The notes beneath the pieces are model-generated. The model made no database searches and was not told the origin of the DNA. It saw nothing but the letters and a program-made list of their open reading frames with translations. This document shows positions 1 through 12,859 of a stretch of 50,833 nt of DNA, in pieces. The DNA is from Conidiobolus incongruus B7586 (taxonomy: Eukaryota): NCBI GenBank assembly GCA_000697335.1, contig JNEM01006006.1, positions 1 through 50,833 of the forward strand, given 5' to 3'. Positions within the stretch are counted from its first letter, which is position 1, and every line of letters begins with the position of its first letter. The position numbers were made by a program, and so were the translations under genes.

Positions 1-720
1 TAATATATTTTATACAGAAAATTTTATAATTAATTGAAAATTTAATTTTAAAATAATATAGATTATATAAAAGATAATATTAATTTTATATTTCTAAATT
101 TATAATATTATATTATTTGGTTATTATAACTTTGATAATTTATTAAATTATTTAATTAAATGTTAATTTAAAAAATATAAAAATTAAAAAGATTTATTAA
201 TATAATAATATTCTCTCTTTCTCTCTCACTATATATATATATTAATAATTTTAAATAATTAAAAACATCAACCAATTCATAAGCCATTAAATTTATTTTT
301 ATTAATTTATTTATATAATTATTTAATAAAGTAATATTCATATCATGATATGAAGTTTTTTATTCAAGATAATGTTGGATAATACAATATAGGAAAGTTA
401 TTTCCTATTTAATACTAACACGTATAAAAAACAAATAAAAAAATAAAATATTGAATAAGTTCTTTTTAATTTATATTATATAATAATTGTTCAATTAATT
501 ATAATTAATGTATATACACTATTTTAATTATTTAAGTAAATAATAATAATACTTTGCTTTTTAATATTTTATTATTTATTTTTAAAAATTTTTAATTAAT
601 AGTAATGAGTATGATTGGTAAATAATGCTCAAATTATTAGAATACAAATCAGTTAAAACTGATCAATTGTTATGTCATAATTAGTTCTAAAATAGATTAT
701 TCAAATCAAGTTATTTCGTT

Positions 721-1765
721 TCACGTCTTTTTCAATTCCCATTCGTTAAATTTAGAGCCACCTATTGAAAATTCTAAGTCTTCATAAGTTATTCCATCCC
801 AATATTTATACAACATCATTATAGAAAGTAAACTACAAATATTGTATAAGAAAAGACCATCTAAATAATGTTTTCCAACTTCACAAATTGAAGTAGATAA
901 TTTAAATAATCCAACATTTCCAAATATGAAAAATAACAACGAAATAATTAAGGCTCCAAGAGGCCATAAATTGTCCGCTAACTTGACAAGGTACAAAACT
1001 TGTGATGCTAGGAATATTAATATTAGTATTCCATTTACGAGGATGTGTAACGCCCAGACACCGACTGGATGATCTACTTTGAAAGGTCCAACATTTTTGA
1101 ATGTGGATAAACTAATGGAGAATGAGATAAGGAAAAATGCCAAGGAACTTAAACGAACAATCTAAGGATAGTATTAATATCATAAAATTACAATATATAA
1201 TTAAAAACATAAAAATTACCCAAAGAGAAAGAGCCGAACCTTCCCTGACTAAATCGAAATAAACGAAGCCGTTCAAAACGAGGCATACCGAAAAAGCAGT
1301 CATCATACCGAAATGGAAACTAACTAATATTTGATAAGCATTAGAATCAATTGGAATAATCCCAGTGACTAAGAATATTTCCAGGAAATTCATAGCGAAA
1401 TAAATATAGAATAGCGTTGCAAGTTCTTTCCGACCTATTTAAATATATGAAATTAGTTAAATGTTTCAATTGAGTTTTATATTGAATTTTACCTATTGCA
1501 GAATATTTACTCTTGATATTATATATCATTATCCCCAGCATTAGTATAGTAATGATATAGATAGGTATAGTAGCTAATAATTATTATTAATAAATATATT
1601 GATTATAATTTGTGTTAACTTACTTGCTTCTAATAGTGTCAAACTCCCAACTTCTAAAGTTCTAGTATAACAAATTTGACTAATTCCATAAGTTTCTTGA
1701 ACCAACGGACACACTAGTAAAGGTGCCTTTTCACAAATATCATGATAGTTACCGAATTGAACCAT
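721..1765 (-). CDS. CHS7: Chitin synthase export chaperone (Chs7 family), 4 exons
   Basis: Four minus-strand ORF fragments join through GT-AG introns: MVQFGNYHDICEKAPLLVCPLV...CYTRTLE, YSAIGRKE, LNGFVYFDLVREGSALSLW, KHYLDGLF, MMLYKYWDGITYEDLEFSIG. These match Chs7 signature segments. ATG at 1765 (the track's start at 1768 is GTG). Confidence 0.93.
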
Positions 1766-1769
1766 CACA

Positions 1770-1793
1770 ATATATATATATATATATATATAT
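1770..1793. repeat. (TA)n microsatellite immediately upstream of the CHS7 start
   Basis: Uninterrupted atatat run seen directly. Confidence 0.85.
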
Positions 1794-4170
1794 AATACAA
1801 TTAAATTGAATAGATTATATTAAATTATTGACTATATATATCCCCCAACTTTTTCAACTATTCCCAACAACAATGTATTTAAAGAATTGAAATTATTAAT
1901 TTTATATAGTTAAAAGATACGATCTATGGATATAATTTAAATGAGTGTCAAACCCAATATTAACAAACAAACTTTAGATAAGCCTTAATCCTTACAATAT
2001 GACACTAATCACCTATATATATGTTTATATACAACAAGCACTCATATACGTAAAAAACCAAGTTAAAAGTTTGAACGTTAATAGTTGAAACTTTTAAAAA
2101 TTAGAAAATCACAATTAATACTAAAGCAACCATATGTATATATATATATTAATAAATATACAGAATTTAAATAAAATTATAAAACTTAATTTAAAATGAA
2201 TTTAATTTGTAACAGTTACAAATTTTTATTTTTAATTTAATTTAAGTTTTAGTTTTTTTTCTATTTATTTTATATATATATATAAATATAAATAAATGTA
2301 TATAAAATAAGAAAAAAAAAATAATAAAAATTTTCCGATTAATAAGTTTAATTAATAAATTTTAATTGGTTAATTTTATAAAAATTTAAATTTAAATTTT
2401 ATTAACATAAAATAATATAATAAAAAAATTTTAAAAAATAATTTTTTATAATGAGAAATATATATATATACATGAAATAATTCTTATATTGATATTAATT
2501 AAGAATTAATTTTTTACTAATTATAATCATTTGGAATTCTTTTAACTACTGGTTTACAGATTTTAAATAGATAAATTAATATTAATTTAATATTTTTATA
2601 TGCCAAATAAAATCAACTCAATAATCATATTTTAATATGAGAAAGTTTTATTGAATAATTCAAATGCTATTATTACATAACTAAAAATGGTGGATTACGA
2701 TTCAAGCTAAAATTATTACTGATTGTTTGAACCTTGGACCAAATTGACAAAGCTTGAACAATTCAGTCATATTCGCTTATTCCAAGATTTATCAAGTGGA
2801 ATTTATAAAGTAGTAATATTAAGTTCAATATTATGGTAGTCCACTCATTAATTGTAATATATTCTCTTTTAAAACTTGAGTTTTAGTCAATCTTTGAACC
2901 GTTTTTATTTCATCGAATGGAATGGGTTTTAAAAATTGATTAAAATGGTGATACTATCGATTTTTGAAATTTGTGATGTATAAATAATTTGATACATATT
3001 ATTAAATCAACAATATGATACAATATCTAAGATTTCTTTTGTATTTTAATTAAATATGATACTTGAAATCTTAACAAATATCAAACTTGCGTAATAAGTA
3101 TAAATTTAATTATTTTGTGTGGACTGAATAAATTTATGTATTAATCTGATTGAGATAAAATTTGTAAAACTTTGATACAGTATTCAATAATTAGAATCTA
3201 TTTCGGTTATCAATTTAAATTCAGCAAAATACTTTTAGTAGAGCACGGATCTACCAATCAAATTGCTCTACAACTAAATTCAAACCAATCAAATTTACTC
3301 ATTATACAATTCAAATCAAAGTTTAAAATTTGATAAATTTTAATGGACAAACAGGTGATAGAATGAAATTTTTAATTTGTAGCCATATATATAAATCATT
3401 AACAAAGCTAGCACTTGAACAGCATTATCTTCACATAATCATAGTAATTTTGATATCAAATAATATATATTATACGAGGTGAAATTAAGATATCAAACTA
3501 ATTTGACAAAGTTTCAATCAAGAGTACTGATATTGACCGATATGTATTAATGTGAGGAAAGTTTTAAAAATTCAAATTTTTATTAAAATGAATTAAAATT
3601 ATTTTAGATAATAATTGAATAAACTTATATTAATATTTTAAAATATTAAATTAAATATTGAATATTCTTTATTTTTTCAAAATTTGATATATTAATCAGT
3701 TAAATGAATTCAATATTTTATAATATTTTTAAAAAAGGTTATTATTAATTATATTATTAGTTTATTAGTTTTAATTTATTAACTACTCTATATATTCAGG
3801 AATTGTTGTAACATATTTTTAAACAAAGCTTTTACAATTGAAATCGGAAATTAAGTTTTAAACTTAATAAAATAATTTAAATGGAATCAATTAATTGATA
3901 ATTGTGAAATTTTTAAATGATTATCTTAATAACTATTCATTATATTATTCCATATATTAGCAAATACATTGAAGTAAAATATGCATAATGCTCAATATTG
4001 AATATTAAAGCAAATTAGCTTTTTTGAACAAGAGATATTTGATATTTGGTATTTGATATTTGATATTTCAATATTTTATATTTAATTAATAAATTGTCGA
4101 TCTTTCAGACTGTAAATTTGTTTGAAACATTTTTAGTAATTTTTGATGATATATAATTTTAGTAATTTTA

Positions 4171-4204
<34 letters not shown>

Positions 4205-4795
4205 AATATTTTTATCAAAATAGATATTTCGATTAGATTTTTGCAATATCTATATTTGTAATACATTCATTTTATAATATAAATTTTTTATTTTTTCTAT
4301 TTATTTATTTGTTTCTAATTCAATACAAAGACTTATACAATCATGGGTCAATAAATCAAACTATAATGTTCAAAAATATTGGGAATTAAAAATAAACATG
4401 TATTATTGCTTGGTTATATAAGGATGATGAGTTTATAGAATTTTAATATTATATATTGAAGGTATGACTATAGAAATCAACTTATTCAATAATATAGTTA
4501 TCTTGAGTATAGTGTGTTCATACTATTATAATGAAATCCAGTTAATTTGATAATAAATGGATTATTGAACAATATATATAATATATCCTATTAGCTGGAG
4601 CTATATAATTTCTATCCATCAAGCATAAAATTTCTGAATAGTACTCAAGTGGTTGATAAAATTCATTTGAATTAAAGATGATATATAAGATGGGTTAAAT
4701 CCCATAATGGTAGACAAAAGTAATTTCTTTAATTTTGATATTATAAGTTAGTTGAATATTAATCAATTAGAGTCAGAGATTAATATATTCTACAA

Positions 4796-5055
4796 TAAGG
4801 TTTAATTCATATTATAATCATTGGATACAGTATATATTTTATCCTTGCTATTAACTTGATGAAATAATATCAAAGTCTTTCTGGGTTGGTTATAATAAGG
4901 AAAAATATAAATTTATTGATAAAACTGCATTTAGCATACTTATATGATTCAAGGCTAGAGTTTCAAACCAATGGCAAACGTTGAATTAAAAAACTAGTGA
5001 CATCGATATTCATATTGCAATTCCAAGTTATAGCTTAAATAATCAAATATTTGAA
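4796..5055 (+). repeat. Dispersed repeat copy A, decayed coding relic (possible retroelement fragment)
   Basis: Aligns by eye to the reverse complement of 15252-15510 (shared aatcattggatacagtatatatttt, aacttgatgaaataatatcaaag, aactgcatttagcatacttatatg, caaacgttgaattaaaaaactagtga). Boundaries approximate. Confidence 0.85.
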
Positions 5056-5822
5056 AAATAATTGATATTATTTATAAATATATTAATTTTAAAATAACAA
5101 TATTAAATTTGAATATGCTGAGTTAATTTATTCTTAAAATTTCAAAACATTTGAAATATAAATATATTATATTTTAAATTCTGTATATATGGTGATATTA
5201 AAAATATGTATTTCAATTGAGTAACTATCTAATGGTAATATATTGTTAAACTGAGTAAATAAATTAATATAGGCTTAACAAAATAGAAATTATGTTATAA
5301 ATATTAATATTTTTTGCCATTGATAATTTTAATTATTAGTTTTGATTTTTTAATGAAAAAAAATAATTTTTTCTAATGAAACAGTTTATTATTATTAAAT
5401 TTTAAAAAATATAGATTTTTATTATATTAATAAAATTTAAATTTTATTATTCATATTAAGTTTCTTATAATTTATTAAATTGATATTTTAATTAAATAAA
5501 TTATAAAATAATTTATATTTATATAATTTTAATTCAAATTTCAATTATTTTAATTTCTTTGTAGGGATTGAATCAAATGCTTTATGAATTATCAATTATA
5601 AATACAAATAATTAGGAATAATAATGCTATATAAACTTCAAATTTTATAATAGAATTTATTTTATTTTATTCAAATTATAGAATTCTAATTAAATAATAA
5701 TAATTTTTAACAAAATTAATTCTAATTTACATAATTTTAATTTTTATTAACTAAAATATTTAATATAATCTATTATCCTATCTTTATTATACACTTGATA
5801 ATCAAAGTTAAAATTAATTAAC

Positions 5823-6299
5823 TCTCACGTGCCCAACAATTATGGTCAAGGTCAAAGTGGTCAGCTCACCAATTCAGGGGGTGGAAATCAAATCCAGGAC
5901 AAGCTTGAGGAGTCATGACGCATATATAACTAGCTGTTTAGCGAGCACGGTGCGCAAGGTTGGGAAATACGTCACCTCCCTGGGATCCACGAAGGTAAGT
6001 TGGCCTGGACTTATGGCGTTCAGTTTTGGTTAATAAAATTGATACATATTTAATCAAGTCTTAATAATTGTTTTTATTCGAATCTTGTATTTGAACAATA
6101 CCAGAAGAACCGACCCTCGGTCGGGTTGTTCAACAAATAGAAGTGTTTTTCCCCTTTTGTAATAACCCATGCTACTTCATCGACACCTATGGGTCTCATA
6201 GAGGGCATGGGATCCAAGCCGCCCCATCAGCTGGTTCTGGCGAGTGGTTCTTGCCAGTCTGGGGTGTTCTAACGGGTTGCCAAGTCGGCAATCCTGATA
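5823..6299. mobile_element. 477-bp GC-rich island: candidate solo LTR (alternative: structured ncRNA)
   Basis: Sharp GC boundaries. Termini TCTCACG...CCTGATA are each one change from TGTCACG...CCTGACA. Flanks TTAAC/TTATC match 4 of 5, like a 5-bp TSD. Internal TATATAA (~5923) and AATAAA (~6033). Several hairpins and no credible ORF. Confidence 0.45.
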
Positions 6300-6817
6300 T
6301 TATCTTTAATTAAAAATATCATAAATTTAAGTACTAAATATTAAGTAATAAAGAATTTTCTATTTTAGTTTTAAAATTCAACTATTCGGACCATTTTACC
6401 AAATTCTCTAAACAAAATTTAATTTTAGAGGTTCGTTATGAATCACCTCACCTTAATATTATATTAAATAATATTAAATTTTATGTAAAAGAAAAAATTA
6501 TATTAATATTAATAAATTTTAAAATTATAAAATATAAATTTTAAATTAAAATATTTATTAAAATATTTAAAAAAAATTATAAAAATTTATTATATTTTAT
6601 TTTATAAATTAAGTAAATTTATTAAAAAATATTTTTTAAATAAAATTATAAATTAAAATATAAAATAAACAAAAATAAATTTAAAACCTTATGATTCAGT
6701 TCAATTAATTATACAGTTACCTTATAAATAATCAGTGGGAATTTAAATGATGTTTAAATTCTGGTTAAGTTGTAACAATTATTTACTTGGTTAGTATTTA
6801 TTAGGTTGATATTGAAA

Positions 6818-7129
6818 ATGAGCAGTAGTGGTATTACTTCGAATAATCAAGCTAAATTAGTTCAACTGGAGGAGAAGATTCAAACTTTGAAGAGACAGTT
6901 GAGTTTGGAAAGGATTCCAGTTTCAGAAGCTTCAATTTCGTAATCTATAATTTATTCAGTATTATTATTGTTTTTAATAATGTTTTTTAGGTTGATTAAT
7001 TATACAAAGAATACTAAAGATTATATTTTGGATTCATACAGAAAATCTGGTAGTAGTAGAGTGAAATCCAGGGATGCTGAAGTATCTGGAGGAAGTGGTG
7101 GAGGAGGGGGATGCTGTATAATCATCTAA
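6818..7129 (+). CDS. Heterotrimeric G-protein gamma subunit (Ste18/Gpg1-like), 2 exons (6818-6939, 6991-7129)
   Basis: Spliced product MSSSGITSNNQAKLVQLEEKIQTLKRQLSLERIPVSEASISLINYTKNTKDYILDSYRKSGSSRVKSRDAEVSGGSGGGGGCCIII*. Contains the GGL-domain motif LxxERIPVSEASxSLIxY and a C-terminal CCaaX box. Intron GTAATC...TTTAG is 51 nt. Confidence 0.92.
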
Positions 7130-7274
7130 TCGAACAACTATTTAATATTATTTGAAGGTGTAATCGGCGTCAATGTAACACTCAATACTCCTGAATTAAA
7201 CAGTATATATATTGTATATCTAAATTAAACTAAAGAAAAAAAATAAAAAATGCTTCCTATTAATTTATTAAGTA

Positions 7275-7793
7275 TTATAATTCGTCCTTATTGTTGTAGT
7301 AGTGCTTCTTGAGCATTTGAATAATATCTGGATACTTGTCAATTTCTTTGAATAACCCGTCTACGCGTTCATCTCCAACTTTCGACTTGATCAATCGTAT
7401 TAACAATTTCATCTGGGCGCGCAGCATGGGGTTAAAGTCTGGGGAGTCAGGATCTAGCGTTGAGGGTTTAATATCTCTGACAAAGCTTAGTACTGGCGCC
7501 ATAGCGTCAGGTAAATCTTCAGAATCTAGTGCTTCTACAAGCTTTGTCATCATTTCTTTGTAGGGACCGTCCGGCTGTGATTCGATATTATTTACAATAC
7601 CCTGTACGTTGGACAGTACAAAATTAAGTCCCTTGCCGAGATATTTGAGCATGATATTCTCGACATGGTGATATGACTCTGGAATCGATTTCTTCTTTGG
7701 AGTTACCTTATGCGTTGATGGTTTTCTTGCATAAGACTGGTCAGCTATCAGCACTGAAATAAAGAATAAGCAACTGAATACACATAGTTTCAT
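7275..7793 (-). CDS. Hypothetical secreted protein, 172 aa, intronless
   Basis: Open ORF with coding-like GC. Signal-peptide-like N-terminus (MKLCVFSCLFFISVLIADQSYA), then a basic segment and amphipathic helices. No family recognised. Confidence 0.75.
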   Translation of the reverse strand: MKLCVFSCLFFISVLIADQSYARKPSTHKVTPKKKSIPESYHHVENIMLKYLGKGLNFVLSNVQGIVNNIESQPDGPYKEMMTKLVEALDSEDLPDAMAPVLSFVRDIKPSTLDPDSPDFNPMLRAQMKLLIRLIKSKVGDERVDGLFKEIDKYPDIIQMLKKHYYNNKDEL

Positions 7794-10020
7794 CTTGATA
7801 TATTCTATTATTCTTTATAATAAAATCTTATTAATCTCTTAAATAGTAAATATCTTTAATAATATTATAATAATTATTTGTAATTAATTTTTTAATCAAA
7901 AAATATTTAATTAATTTTATCAAAAACGTGAATTAAAGAGCAGTGACTTTAAGGGACAAGAAGGGTATTTAAACACCATTTAATAATCTGAACCACGAAT
8001 GGTAATGTTCAAACTTAGATCTGAAACACCAATCAAATTTTCCAATGTTTGATTTGGGTAATTTAATTCTTATCTATTTTGTAAAGAATCTTGATTTTAT
8101 GCATTACTTGATTCATTCGATCTTGTAATGTCAGCTTTATATTTTTTCACAGATTATGATTGAGATTAATTAAACTAATACTTTGGTTAAGTGAAGTAGA
8201 TATATGATTTTATACTTGATATTTTGTATGTTGAAATATTGAAATTTGCGTAAGTAACAATATTTAAAAGAACTATCAATTTCAAATCTTTGATATTAAT
8301 TAGATATAAAATACTGATCAAATAAAATATCACAACTTTAGTAACAGTATAAGTTATATTATATTACAATTTATCATTAACTCAGATATAGTTTCAAAAG
8401 TTTAAAATAAAATGGAAACTAAGATTTAAATAAATACAATTTGATAATAAAATAATATTTTGCTAATTATATATTTTATTCATTAATTTAATAGTAATAA
8501 ATTTAATTTTAAAATTTAGATATAATATTATTTAATTTCAAAATATTTCAAAAAAAAATATATTAAAAACTAATTTAATATTAAAAAAATAATTAAAATT
8601 ATAAATAAAGGTGTTAAATTTTGAATATTTAGAATGTAATACAATTGAAAATATTGATATTAAAATCTTTATCATAAATCAATTTTAAGCAATTTTAATT
8701 ATTGTTAAATATAACATAAATCAAAGATAAATTTATTTATATTTCTTAGATTATCTGATTAAAGATTAAATTGATATATGTAATTACAAATCGGCTATTA
8801 AATTAGTATAAAGTTTGATACTGTTGATAATATTAAACCATTTCGATCATAATAAAAATTATATATTTTTTATATTATGTAATTAATATATTATATTTAT
8901 CCAATTTAAAATTAAAAATCAAGATCAAATAATTTGAGTAATCAAAATCCCATAATTTATTTCGATAATAAAATTTATTAAATTTTGATGAATTACCAAG
9001 TCTCAATAATGCAAATAGCAAAATATTCTAAGTTCTGATAAATAGATATATCAATGAAGGAAATGAAACACTATACTAATTTTCAACTTATTAGTTAAAT
9101 CAATACATCTTCCAATGGTCAATCGCTACTTTCAAAAGTCTCGAAATTAGGGAGTGAAATTAATCTTAACCTCAACCTCAGTAATATCTCAACATTTTGA
9201 TGAAATAACTAAATTGTGAAAATGTAGATATAACAAACGAATGTAAAATGAAGTAAGCAGTTACAAGTATGGATTTTCTCCGAACAAGCTGATGGGTGAG
9301 AATTTGAAAACGCTTTGGATGAGGGACAAGACACTGCCATATTTCATTAATTTGAAATTTTTGAAATACATGCAAGCATCAGAAATTAACTATAATTTAT
9401 ATTTATTGTACTTATTTGTGTATTAATAGCAAATTGTGATATTTTTCAATTTCTCATTGGATGAAAGTTATAACACTAATTTTTTACTTTGAATTTTGCA
9501 AGTGATTGAATGGTTTTAAAGAAATTTGATTCATAATATATGGGAATGAATCTAATCGAATTTAGTAATTGAAACGATAAGCTCCTACGGCATCTGATTG
9601 AACTATTGGTGATAAAATGTTAAATGCCAAAATATCATCTATTATAATAATAATAATAATTATAGTGTTAGTTTCGACTAAATGACTTACCCATTTCCAC
9701 ATACTAAATTCAAAGTAAAATCCTAAGTAATCACGAAAATGATAGAGATAGCCATATTAGACAAATTATAATCTTTGAATTGCAGTAATTATTATGCATT
9801 ATAACTATGATAATATGGCTAATACAAAATCCTTTGGAAATTTAGAAGATTCTAAACCCAATTGGAATGGTTTGAATTTGATAGAATTGGAACATGTTAG
9901 AATTTAGAAGAATTCGAAAGGTAATTATAATCAATATTAGATTATTGAATTATCAGTTAAATATGATTTCAATATTATTTAAATCATTGGAAAGAATTGT
10001 ATACAATATTTAAATTGGAA

Positions 10021-11395
10021 TTAATCTTGGGTTAAATCAATTGCTTCCTAAATTTTAAAAAAAGTTCAGTTTATAATCATATTTAAATAATTTTAATGCT
10101 TTACAGGTTGTTTAAGTTCTTCAGTTGTCAACTCGATTGTTTTCTAAAATATAGGATTAATAAATCTAATAATAATCAAATTTTAATTCTTTTACCTTTT
10201 CAACCTTATAATTAACATAAAAGTCCCACTCTTTGACGTGACCTAAATTCCCTTTAATAGTAAATACGTGATTCTCACTCAAGGGGATCCAATGCTCAAT
10301 ATATTTAGCATCTTTGGGTTTAGCTGTATCTCGATTGTAAAATAATGTGATATGGTGTTCGTAATTCAATCCTGCCAATTCAGGTATCGTAATAACTTTA
10401 AACGCGTATAATTGATCATCATAAGAACCCCAGTGAGTAACAATGACCTCCACATCGGTACCCAAGGGATACTGATACTGAAATCTCCCGCCATTTCCAA
10501 GACCCAAGGTGATATGATTCGCGGAAATAGTCCACCCTTTAACAATTGGAATATGACTCAACTGTTCAAATTTCTGTAATAAATAGTAATGTGTATCACT
10601 ATCGAATAACACTCCATAAAATTTATAATTGGGCCTGAGTTCCAAGGATTCGATTTCGCCCATCTTTCTAGCTTGTTTTCCAAGTTGTAGAGGTTTGGGA
10701 TCTTTGTTGAAGTTTTGGATCATAGCTTGAACTAGATTAAATTCGTAGTTTGAATCGAAATATTGAATAGTTTCTTGGACGTGGTAACAGCATCCATCTA
10801 ACAATTTACCACTACTAATATATGACTGTAAACTTTGATTGAATTTTTGTACGTGGTGATATCTATCGTCCCACATGAATACGTACTGAATACTCGGTAT
10901 ATTAGTTAAGAGTGCATTAATAACAGTATTTTTAAATTCTAAAGTAGTCATCTTGCTATTAGCCTTAATCAAACTGGGAATATTCTCCTTAAGGAATACC
11001 AAATCGAATTTAATGTGATTATTAAAACTCAATAAAGTTTCAATACTTTCTAAAAATAACGAATGAGAACGTCCTGTCAATAATATATTTAAATTACTGG
11101 GATCTTGAGATAATTCTATCAATTTACGGACTAAATTGGGATTGTAATAGGTGTGAATATTGTGCTTGAAATAGTTGGGATCCAAAGTCCCTTGGGTTTG
11201 AAACCAGCCTAATTCTTCACTGATTAGCAACCCTTTCAACCTGGGTGACCATAGTTTGGGATTGGGCTCGGGACTAAAGAATAATGTATTATCAAAGTCA
11301 AATATATTGAGAGTTTTATAAATGTCAGGATGAGCTAAATTTGAGCAGAATTTTTGGATTTTAGTTAAGTAGTGATAGCTCGGTGTTGTTGTCAT
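10021..11395 (-). CDS. HAD 'Swiss Army Knife' RNA-repair-like phosphatase (HAD_SAK_1-like) with C-terminal 2H phosphoesterase-like domain; 3 exons (11395-10196, 10143-10105, 10047-10021)
   Basis: HAD motif I IFDFDNTLFFSPEPNPKLW, motif II LLTGR, motif III TLEFK, motif IV MWDDR, then two HxT motifs (NHITLG, HHITLF). Two phase-0 GT-AG introns give the C-terminus KTIELTTEELKQP-EAIDLTQD*. Confidence 0.8.
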
Positions 11396-12859
11396 TTTAA
11401 TTTTTAACTGATATAATTTGGATTGAGAATTGATTGTTATTTTTCAGACTTAAAGATAATTAAGATAATCAATAATATTATGGGATTCCTCTCTAATATT
11501 ATATGCTCACTTTGTTTACCATTCTAAAAAAATCAAATTGATACGATAATTTCTAAATTTAGAAAGTTTGAATATTTATTGAATATAGATAGAAAGATAA
11601 TATTAAAAAATCAAGACAGAATTTTATTAAAAATACAGAAATATAAATGATTATTTATATAGGAATATCATGATCAATTTGATTACTTTCGTATTTTTAA
11701 ATAATATAATACATTTTTTCTAGAAAAATTGTTTCAAATTTATTTAAAAGTTTAATATAATTCAATTTCATAAAATAAATCAAGTTATATTGTTAATGAA
11801 ACTTATATGTTTATAATAGATTGATCAAAAAATACTCGAAAAATTATTTATATTTTCATTGAAAAATATATAATATATAATGAAATCATTAATCTATTTC
11901 AAAATGTTGAAATTCTAAAAATTTTTATAAATATATTAATCCCATAAGTCGATAAACCTTAATATTGATATAAATTTCATCAAAAATTTTGCATCATTCG
12001 ACTTTCATTCCAAACTTCGAGTAACCTTTAAAAACTACTCAAATGTATTGAGAAAAGTTTTTGGAGTCAAATGCTTTAAAATTTATATTATTAAGGTAAT
12101 AATCTAGAGTTCAACTTTTTTCTATTCGATTATGCTATGATGACCGCTGTCGCCCCAGACATAAGTTGTAGATTGTTTTTGAATGATAATTTCAGCGTAC
12201 ATAGCCAAACGTATCTTGTCTGATTTTTTAAATTTTAAATATTAAATTAAATATTATTACGGTTATTAACCTTTATTATTTTCTATTTAGGTATCAGATA
12301 TATTTTTATATAGTAATTTCAAGATGTATATTTTTAAATATTAATATAATATACTATAAATATTGATAAGGTAATAAATACAATATTTTGCAGAATTGGT
12401 ATGATGATAAAAAAATATTCCATGCTAATCCTGAAGCTATCGAGTGGACAAAATATTTTTTATTCATAAACTTTGCTTTTCCTGACTTTTGTTTTCATCT
12501 TTGCTTCATTTTGTTTTTATTATGGTTTCTTATCAATTTTTTTAATATAGGTAATGATTCAGATGAATAATCGGAATCTTTTGGAACTTGTATACATGAT
12601 TTAATAAATATTTTGAACTTTTACAAAAAATATAAATACTTTTTATTAATCTGTTTTTTCAATATTTTGTGTATTTTTCGTCAATTTGATATGATTGATA
12701 AATTCAACTATAATCATTTTCTTTGAAAACCTTTTTCTAATACATTTTCCATTCTGAAATCCCATAAAACATTTTAATAAATCTAAAGAATTAAATATTA
12801 GTCATCATTAATTTTTTCAAATATAATTAATTATTAATATCAAATAAAACTTGAAAATA

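Noticed and set aside
4033..4075. Short GATATTT tandem repeat
   Set aside because: Simple slippage repeat with no spacers; not CRISPR-like or telomeric.
5842..6033. 63-aa ORF in the GC island
   Set aside because: No recognisable motifs or host-like codon bias; an ORF this short is expected by chance in GC-richer DNA.
6079..6112. TPP-riboswitch-like string (gaatcttgtatttgaacaataccag)
   Set aside because: Lacks the CUGAGA and CUUGAU...GCGNA core motifs, and there is no adjacent thiamine gene.
11940..12770. Possible gene between the HAD-2H and Rtp1-like genes, including ORF 12388-12570
   Set aside because: No consistent exon chain or recognisable protein could be built on either strand.
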